From a virus (lineage: Duplodnaviria > Heunggongvirae > Uroviricota > Caudoviricetes): a DNA stretch of 64,000 nt. The notes beneath the pieces were generated by a model. That model was not told the DNA's origin, did no database searches, and saw nothing but the letters and a program-made list of their open reading frames with translations. Below are positions 57,052 through 64,000 of this stretch, one piece after another (within the stretch, counting starts at the first letter, position 1; each line of letters starts with the position of its first letter). The DNA lies in IMG/VR virus record IMGVR_UViG_3300028886_000034, positions 54,081 through 118,080 of that record; one strand, written 5' to 3'. The translations under genes were made by a program, and so were the position numbers.

Positions 57052-58038
57052 TTAAGATAAATGTAATACCTTGACTAGATAATCGGTAATACCGGCTAAT
57101 AAAGATTTTCTAGTTTCCGGAGGTAATACAGCATTTCCTACATTCGATAAGTAATTAAGCCCAGCTTTTTGAGTTTCAGGAGGCACTAATGTGTTAAATT
57201 TATCATATAAAACGTTAGAATATCTTGATAACTCCTTCATAGCGGCTTTTTGAGTTTCAGGAGGTACTAATGTATTAAACCCATCGTTTATTTTGGATAA
57301 AATCTTCCGTTGTTCCTCTGGAGAAATTGCACTATTGAGTTTATCTATTAATTTTTTCTGAGTATCGTTAAAAACATCTTTACCATATACTTTTAACTTT
57401 TTAATGTTATCTGCAGTTTGAAGATCTCTAGCTGACATAGAATATCTATTAAATAAACTTTTACCAACAAGAATAGGTATCATAACTAATACAATTGTTG
57501 TAAGTATAGTTACAATAGAGACTAACACAGGTTTTTTAACTGTACCATTTATATACTTATTTAACTTATCAAGTTTATTCTTTTTAAACAATTTAAGATA
57601 GAAGAATCTGAGCATAACAGACCAAGCTAAAATATAACTTACTAATCTATTTCTACCTACTTCTCTATTTAAATTATATGTTATTTTACCAGCGTTTATA
57701 CAGCCAATAAGAGTTTCTTCAGGTATGGCGGATTTACCAAAGATGTTTTGGAACTCTTTGTCCAGTATTTTAGTAACATCTATATCTGATTCACAATTTT
57801 GAATTAAATCAATATTTTTTTGAGCTCTACTAGAATTCATATCACTATTTGTTGAACTAGATATCTTCTTTAATCCATCAGTACACAGTTTTTTTACAGA
57901 AGACTGTGTAACCCCTTCTGAAAAATATCTACTGTAATATTTTCTAGAAATGTTATAGATGTCAGTTTCGTCAATATATGGGTACTTATCAGAAATATTG
58001 TTAGCAATTTCTGATAATATTTCATATTTTTTTGTCAT
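57052..58038 (-). CDS. membrane-anchored protein, paralog family member 3 with C-terminal LVPPETQKA repeats (328 aa)
   Basis: It has the same N-terminal architecture as the other two. The C-terminus carries three FNTLVPPETQKA-like repeats. Confidence 0.6.
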   Translation of the reverse strand: MTKKYEILSEIANNISDKYPYIDETDIYNISRKYYSRYFSEGVTQSSVKKLCTDGLKKISSSTNSDMNSSRAQKNIDLIQNCESDIDVTKILDKEFQNIFGKSAIPEETLIGCINAGKITYNLNREVGRNRLVSYILAWSVMLRFFYLKLFKKNKLDKLNKYINGTVKKPVLVSIVTILTTIVLVMIPILVGKSLFNRYSMSARDLQTADNIKKLKVYGKDVFNDTQKKLIDKLNSAISPEEQRKILSKINDGFNTLVPPETQKAAMKELSRYSNVLYDKFNTLVPPETQKAGLNYLSNVGNAVLPPETRKSLLAGITDYLVKVLHLS

Positions 58039-58161
58039 GTGCTTAATTTAACACCTACTTATATCTTTTTGTAAGAAACACTTATTTTAGACTGAGTTAA
58101 AGTAGTCTAAAATAAGTGTTTCTTATGATTCTTCTTTTTAGTATATTATAGAGTTATTATT

Positions 58162-60042
58162 TTAGTACTTTTCTAAAGACTTTTTAATTTCATCTCTACT
58201 TCTGGTTGGTATTCCAGCAGCTTTTGAAAACTTGGAACTACCAGAATGAATAGTATCTATTATTTTTTCCTTATTAGCTTTTGAAGAAGCTTCTAAGTCT
58301 GCATCTGCTTTTGCTTGCATATCTTTGATTCGTTCGGCAATATTAGATTTATCTTTAGTTATACGAGCTAACAATTCTGGAGATAAACTTTCTTTTATTA
58401 AATATAACTGGTACATATTTCTTGGTGAAATTGTTGAAAGAGATTCTTTACAAAGATTTGAGTTTTCGTTAATCCAGAAAGAACGGAGTAATGCGCTTTC
58501 GGAGAACATAGCTGAATAATCTATATTAGCATATTTCCCACGTTTTTGTGTAGCGGGTATTGATACTTGGCTTTGTGGGGCTGCTGCTACTGGAGAAGCT
58601 TCCTGACCTGTTAAAACTCGTCTTGGATTTCTAAAGCGGTCCCATCTAGGTCTTCTTCTAATTTGGGTTGTTGGTGTTCCTTGCGTTTGAGCCGATCTTC
58701 CGCCACGAGTACCTCTGTTTCCTCTACCACCACGAGTACCTCTACCGCTTTGACCGGACGCTTGAAGTCTGGCTACTACTTCATCAGGGCTTATTCCCAT
58801 ATGTTGTGAAAGTGCTGTTATATAAGAATCTATATTATTTCCATTTGCTAATTGAGCATATTGATTAACTAATTCTGGATATTTTTGGGATAACCTGTCA
58901 AACGCAGGATTAACTATTCGACGAACCACTGGAGATATACCAGGATCAAAACTATTTTGAAGTTGCCTATAAAATTCTGGGTTCATATTTCTAAGGGTAT
59001 TTCTAGCTTGAAAATCGTCCCATTTGTTTTGTATCCAATCCCAAAAACCTTCAGAATATAAATGCTTAACTAATTCTAATTCTTCGGCTTCCGATAAAAT
59101 TGGCTTCTGTTTTATAGGCCTACCATTTCTTATAATTGTATTTTCAAGGATGTTGTTAAGTGTACCTTCACTAAGTCCACCTAAGCCATAAATATTATTT
59201 CTAGCGTCCATACCAAAAGGAGAATTTGAATTTGAGTCAAAATCAATCTGGCGAACTGAATTTGGAACACCCATTCCAGCAGATTGAGATATTCCTCTTC
59301 CTGTAGCTAAGTCTCCGGTTCCGGTTGCAACAGTGTTTACAGCTCTACCTGTAGCGTCTTTTGCAGTTCGATAAACTTCTCCGGGATTATTAAGAGCATA
59401 ATATACCCCTTGACCTACTTTTTGTAATGCAGGACTAACCTTGTTTTGAAAAAATTCATTTGCCCATTCACCACCCCGTTTAGCAAGTTGACCCGCTTTT
59501 TCTCTAGCCCAGTTTCCAGCGTCAGACGCTGTTCGTTTAGCCCATTCTTTACCTTGTTGGGCAAGTTGACTTGCTTTTCCTTTACCGGCATCAAGTGCTA
59601 ATCGACCGGAAATAGCTGCTTGTCTACGGATTTCATCATCCATATCAACAACATCTCCAGCAAAATTAGACAGGCCTTTTTTACTACGTGCTACTAGTGG
59701 GTCTATATATTTTGATGCAAATGAATCGAATCCAGATCCAGCTCTTCTTAACGCTCCAGTAACTCTAGGACCTAACGCATCTCCAATTGCATCCTTAGCT
59801 ACCCCTAGCAGAACATTAGGGTCTTGTTTTGTTGGGTCCCTTAGTGTTGGTGCATATGCTGGTATCATTCCCGGTTGAGAATAGCCTAACGCTGCTCTAA
59901 GTCTACCCCTTAGACCGCTAGGAATAAACCCAGCTTCTGTATATCTAATTAAATGCATTAATTCTTTCTCATTAAGAATTCTATGTTTAGACTCTTTAAT
60001 AAGATTTTCAATATATTTTTCATACTTTTGTTTCTTATTCAA
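58162..60042 (-). CDS. large hypothetical protein with RGG/RGT repeat tract (626 aa)
   Basis: It carries the tract SGRGTRGGRGNRGTRGGRS. Confidence 0.55.
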   Translation of the reverse strand: MNKKQKYEKYIENLIKESKHRILNEKELMHLIRYTEAGFIPSGLRGRLRAALGYSQPGMIPAYAPTLRDPTKQDPNVLLGVAKDAIGDALGPRVTGALRRAGSGFDSFASKYIDPLVARSKKGLSNFAGDVVDMDDEIRRQAAISGRLALDAGKGKASQLAQQGKEWAKRTASDAGNWAREKAGQLAKRGGEWANEFFQNKVSPALQKVGQGVYYALNNPGEVYRTAKDATGRAVNTVATGTGDLATGRGISQSAGMGVPNSVRQIDFDSNSNSPFGMDARNNIYGLGGLSEGTLNNILENTIIRNGRPIKQKPILSEAEELELVKHLYSEGFWDWIQNKWDDFQARNTLRNMNPEFYRQLQNSFDPGISPVVRRIVNPAFDRLSQKYPELVNQYAQLANGNNIDSYITALSQHMGISPDEVVARLQASGQSGRGTRGGRGNRGTRGGRSAQTQGTPTTQIRRRPRWDRFRNPRRVLTGQEASPVAAAPQSQVSIPATQKRGKYANIDYSAMFSESALLRSFWINENSNLCKESLSTISPRNMYQLYLIKESLSPELLARITKDKSNIAERIKDMQAKADADLEASSKANKEKIIDTIHSGSSKFSKAAGIPTRSRDEIKKSLEKY

Positions 60043-60045
60043 AAT

Positions 60046-61233
60046 TTATTCACCACCTAAATCGTCTATTGGCGTTGTTTCATTTTTAAAGTCATTTAAA
60101 CTATTGAATACATCAGTTGGCCCATTTATATCTGATTTCATTCTTATAAGAAGATTATCTGATATCATAGCTTTACCTTTGCATAATCCTTTAAATTTCT
60201 TACCAATTATTTCTCTCCAAAGAATAACTACTGAAGCGCTTATTTCAGTTAAAATTAAAATATTTGAAGGTAAAGTTTGTGAAATTTCATCCCCATTGTA
60301 CCCAATAGTATAAAGTAATCCCATAGCTAATGGATAAGCATTATTGATTAAAGAATTTAATGTAATAACATTAGAAGGAACCTCTTTATTAATGTATTCT
60401 TGAAGTTTATCTTCAATACCTTCTTTAAAATTTATCGAATGTCTATTATAGAGTTTTATAAACAAATTTTTGCATTCACTCAATGTACTTTCTTTATTAA
60501 AACCAGATTTAAAAAGTTTAGTCATAATATAAACTATAGATGCACATAATGCAGAAATTGATAAAAATTTACCTATAGTTAAAGATCCAAATTTGTTTTG
60601 GCTAAATAAACTATTCCATTCATTTAAATTCTTAGATAATATTATACTAATCCAATCAGAAGATTGAGTAATTAACTTCATAGTTTGATCTAAACTAGAT
60701 TTAACAGTAGAGTTTAAATTACTTATTATCGGATTATCAGTTGAGTCTGATAAAGTATACTTTAACATTGTATTATATGTCGAGTTTAAATCATCATTAA
60801 TAAATTCTGGATAAAAACTATCAATTTCAAAAGGTATTTTCTGCCATCTCTTTAATATATCTGTAGCAAATTTTTTAACATTTTCAATATCTGTACTTTC
60901 AAAAGCTTCTTTAAGACAATGTGATATTAAAAACTTTTTTAATGTTTTTAATTCTTCTCTTGTCATCTTATTAATTTGAGAAACTGATGGAATAGCTTTA
61001 TAAAGGGTTATATTCTCAGATTTTATTGATGGGAGTTGATTTAAATTCGGTACATTCGGTACATTTGGTGTATTTGTAGTTGCTTGGGGAGTTGTTTGGG
61101 GGGTACTACTATTAAGGTTTGTATTTCTTGTCATCGAAGGAGTTGAATTATTATCAGGTAATCCAGATGCCATATTTGCACCTTTTTGAAAATCTTGTGT
61201 AGCTAATGATTTATCTATGTTAATCACCACCAT
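60046..61233 (-). CDS. hypothetical protein (395 aa)
   Basis: ORF only. Confidence 0.55.
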   Translation of the reverse strand: MVVINIDKSLATQDFQKGANMASGLPDNNSTPSMTRNTNLNSSTPQTTPQATTNTPNVPNVPNLNQLPSIKSENITLYKAIPSVSQINKMTREELKTLKKFLISHCLKEAFESTDIENVKKFATDILKRWQKIPFEIDSFYPEFINDDLNSTYNTMLKYTLSDSTDNPIISNLNSTVKSSLDQTMKLITQSSDWISIILSKNLNEWNSLFSQNKFGSLTIGKFLSISALCASIVYIMTKLFKSGFNKESTLSECKNLFIKLYNRHSINFKEGIEDKLQEYINKEVPSNVITLNSLINNAYPLAMGLLYTIGYNGDEISQTLPSNILILTEISASVVILWREIIGKKFKGLCKGKAMISDNLLIRMKSDINGPTDVFNSLNDFKNETTPIDDLGGE

Positions 61234-61298
61234 TTATAAAAATAAGGAAGGATATATAATATATCCTTCCTTATAAATTAGTATTTACTAATGTTGAT

Positions 61299-62615
61299 TT
61301 ATCCAAGAAAGTAACTAAGTTTATTAGCTAAGGATTCCTGATAATACGCTTCAGCTAAAGCATTTCTATCAGCCACAGAATAACTGGTGGTCTTACGAAG
61401 CTTTTTGCTAAACATTTTAGCCTCCTGAAGGGCAGCAGAGGAAAGAATATCCATAAGCATTGAGTTTTCTTCTGATAATCTCATAGGTCTACTACGACGA
61501 GATGACTTACGAACATCTCTAAATTTACTTCCTGCAGGAACTTTAGACCCCTTATGCATTCTAGAAGGTCTGTCGAAAGTTGTGGGCCAACCGGGCATAT
61601 TATCTCCGCCAGACATATCGAAATCGTTGAACCCTGAATTAAAATCGGCCATTAAGTCGCCAAATTTCGAAGTTTGACCATATTTACGCTTTGAACTTGA
61701 ATTTCCAAGTTTAAATTCAGAACTACCAGGTGAACGTAACCCTGAGATATAATCTTTAGTCTTTTTGATCCCGGTGCTTAATCTGTTAGCTCTAGCCTCT
61801 GCTGAATCAGCTCTTCTTTCAGCTCTTAAGGCTCTGCCAAGGTTCTTTGCATTTTGCTTAGAAGCTCTGTCTAATTGAGCACGAACTCCCTGATAACGTT
61901 TCTCTAAATCTCTTAAACTTGCGCCATTTGATCTAAAGTTAATTAAATCTTTCGCGACAGAAGAAATAGGCTCAAAGAATTTACTAATTCTAGAAAAAAC
62001 TTTAAGTTTTGGAGAAGCGGCAGATACTGCTGGCGATGAAACCATTTTTTCAACTTTAGGAGCAGCCTTCTCTCCTAATCCAATCATTTTTTTAAGAAAG
62101 CCAAATGATAATTTCCCACCAAACATGGCTTCGGATAACATTTCATTCATAGTTGGAACATAGACTGAGTAACCTTCACTCTTTTTAAACTTTTTATACA
62201 GCCATGAGCAAAGTTTATAAACACCCCAAATAAAGACTCCAAGGATTGCTGCTCCAGCAATTAAATGAAGCGGAGTAACTGCATAACTCCCAATGTTACC
62301 AATTTCCTTCAGGAAAAACCCAGGTGTAGATGTGGTAACTGTGGCTGATATCTCATTACCCTTACTTCTAAATATATTGGTAAATCCTGTAACCATACCA
62401 TATTCAGGATTAGCGACAGTAGTAGTTTCACCTGTAAATAAGAATTTGATTGCCTTTAATATAAAATTCTTTATAGTTTCCCAAAGCCCCGACATCCCCT
62501 CGAACACTGAATCTCCGAACCCTTTAATAGCAGTTAAAAATCCTTCGAAACCAGAAGCTGCGGCAGCAGCATCTCCTTCAAGAAAATAATTCTTTTTTCT
62601 CATAAAAAACAACAC
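61299..62615 (-). CDS. hypothetical membrane protein (438 aa)
   Basis: It has a transmembrane segment, HLIAGAAILGVFIWGVYKLCSWLY. Confidence 0.55.
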   Translation of the reverse strand: MLFFMRKKNYFLEGDAAAAASGFEGFLTAIKGFGDSVFEGMSGLWETIKNFILKAIKFLFTGETTTVANPEYGMVTGFTNIFRSKGNEISATVTTSTPGFFLKEIGNIGSYAVTPLHLIAGAAILGVFIWGVYKLCSWLYKKFKKSEGYSVYVPTMNEMLSEAMFGGKLSFGFLKKMIGLGEKAAPKVEKMVSSPAVSAASPKLKVFSRISKFFEPISSVAKDLINFRSNGASLRDLEKRYQGVRAQLDRASKQNAKNLGRALRAERRADSAEARANRLSTGIKKTKDYISGLRSPGSSEFKLGNSSSKRKYGQTSKFGDLMADFNSGFNDFDMSGGDNMPGWPTTFDRPSRMHKGSKVPAGSKFRDVRKSSRRSRPMRLSEENSMLMDILSSAALQEAKMFSKKLRKTTSYSVADRNALAEAYYQESLANKLSYFLG

Positions 62616-62625
62616 CTCGTATTTA

Positions 62626-63291
62626 TTAATGTAATATTATTAGTGATAAAAATAAAACTAAACTAAATAAAAGAGCCCATCTTCTTCTAACTTTGACCGT
62701 TCTTTTTTCATCATCATCTAATTTAAATGTAAACCAGTCTATTAAAGAATTAAGGGTCTTTTTAGTATAAGTAAATAAATTTTTTATATACTCCACAAAC
62801 GATGATTTTGATAAATGCTTTTTTAATATGTTATATGGAATATACCATTTTGATGAAAAATCTAAATCAGCGCTATAATCTAAAATTACATAACAAATTA
62901 AAAAATATATACTACTAGCTACTAAAGATAAGAATATAGATTGTGATGTGTATAAATTAAATATAAATAATGTTACTTGAAATCCAATTGATAGCATTAT
63001 TGATAAACATCTGTTCCATACCCTAATTAATATTCCAAATAGTTTACGAACTAATCCATTAATACCTTTTTGTGCATATTTGTCTTCATCAGTTTTTAAT
63101 AGTTTTTTGCAAAGGTCTTCCATAATATCTAATGCATCATTACATGATAAATTAGTTAAATCGTAATTAGTATAAAGATAAGATAAGTATTTGTTAGTAA
63201 TAGCTTTTTCTTTAACATTTGAAATTAGTACATCTTTTGATAAAGATATGCAAGGTTCGGATAAAAATTTAGTTATTCTATTCTGAATCAT
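62626..63291 (-). CDS. hypothetical membrane protein (221 aa)
   Basis: ORF only. Confidence 0.5.
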   Translation of the reverse strand: MIQNRITKFLSEPCISLSKDVLISNVKEKAITNKYLSYLYTNYDLTNLSCNDALDIMEDLCKKLLKTDEDKYAQKGINGLVRKLFGILIRVWNRCLSIMLSIGFQVTLFIFNLYTSQSIFLSLVASSIYFLICYVILDYSADLDFSSKWYIPYNILKKHLSKSSFVEYIKNLFTYTKKTLNSLIDWFTFKLDDDEKRTVKVRRRWALLFSLVLFLSLIILH

Positions 63292-64000
63292 TTACATATC
63301 TCACATCTGGTTTTTTAAAAAATTTTATAATTGCTGTAACACCTATCATAAGCCAAACTAACAAATATGATATGAAATCCATTCCGGGAGTAAATACTGA
63401 GACTCCTAAAGTAATAGCGGTACTAAAATATGGATTCATATATAACGATAAAACTGCTTTTAAACAAAGTAAGAATAATACTTTCATACATACTTGTGCG
63501 GTTTTAACTTTTGCAGAATCTACCATAAATGAAGATATTGATTCACTAACATTAATGGATAAATTAACATTAGGAATATCTAAATCAGGTGGTTCTAATT
63601 CATCTGGAAGATCATCAGAAGTTTCACCAAAAAACTTTTTAAGTTTTTCTTTTATTTTAGTTAATAATGATGGGGAAGATTTTAATTTAACAACAATATC
63701 CCCAGTAGCTCTCATCCAAAGCCCAACAGCAATTATAACAATTGCTGAAACTATACCTAAACATAACCCCATTACCCACATAAGTGGAGTGAATATAGAT
63801 TTACGTGCAATATGAAAAGCATCCTTTATAACCGACTTAAAGAACCCTTCAGATAAATTAGTACTCATAGTTTTGTTCATAAAATTTTTAGCAACTGCCA
63901 TTCCTTTTGTAGAACATTTAGTAATATATTGCAAAAATTTATTAAACCAAATGGCTGAAACCTTATCTTTTACTGAGTCAGAATCCTGAGAAACTCTCAT
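63278..64000 (-). CDS. hypothetical membrane protein, 5' part beyond window (partial)
   Basis: The ORF runs off the window edge. Confidence 0.45.
   Translation of the reverse strand: MRVSQDSDSVKDKVSAIWFNKFLQYITKCSTKGMAVAKNFMNKTMSTNLSEGFFKSVIKDAFHIARKSIFTPLMWVMGLCLGIVSAIVIIAVGLWMRATGDIVVKLKSSPSLLTKIKEKLKKFFGETSDDLPDELEPPDLDIPNVNLSINVSESISSFMVDSAKVKTAQVCMKVLFLLCLKAVLSLYMNPYFSTAITLGVSVFTPGMDFISYLLVWLMIGVTAIIKFFKKPDVRYVNDSE

Noticed and set aside
1-64000. Integrase, attachment sites or prophage boundary
   Set aside because: No tyrosine or serine recombinase motifs were seen. No tRNA-3'-end direct repeat was found at the window edges. The window appears to be internal phage sequence.

Overview
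This window reads as a contiguous stretch of an AT-rich tailed phage genome. A contractile tail sheath gene suggests a myovirus-like virion. Strong AAGGAGG-type Shine-Dalgarno sites, recurring TTGACA-N17-TATAcT promoters and tRNAs with encoded CCA suggest a low-GC Gram-positive host. 

Its contents in order are: a tRNA-rich, ORF-free 2-kb region; a block of tightly coupled small early-type genes; a replication and nucleotide-metabolism module; a long plus-strand block of unassigned, probably virion, genes; tail sheath and tube; and a minus-strand block with a three-member paralog family and an HExxH metallopeptidase. The replication module carries an SF2 helicase, family-B DNA polymerase, ThyX, SSB, a DnaB/RepA-like helicase, a Dam-like methyltransferase and two metallophosphoesterases. 

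Three things stand out. First, the DNA polymerase is divided into two genes 7.8 kb apart by a naturally split intein inserted in motif C (YGD|TDS). Second, the cargo between the two polymerase halves contains a minimal type V-like CRISPR system. It consists of a 494-aa TnpB/Cas12-like RuvC protein, a candidate tracrRNA anti-repeat, and a 10-repeat array of 35-36-nt repeats with ~30-nt unique spacers. There is no cas1/cas2, and the effector appears to lack the RuvC-II glutamate and the zinc finger, so it may be an RNA-guided binder rather than a nuclease. Third, there are two GC-rich foreign islands. One carries a CYTH-domain gene followed by a P-loop kinase gene. The other carries a structured ~300-nt leader and a 73-aa ORF, driven by a phage-type promoter.
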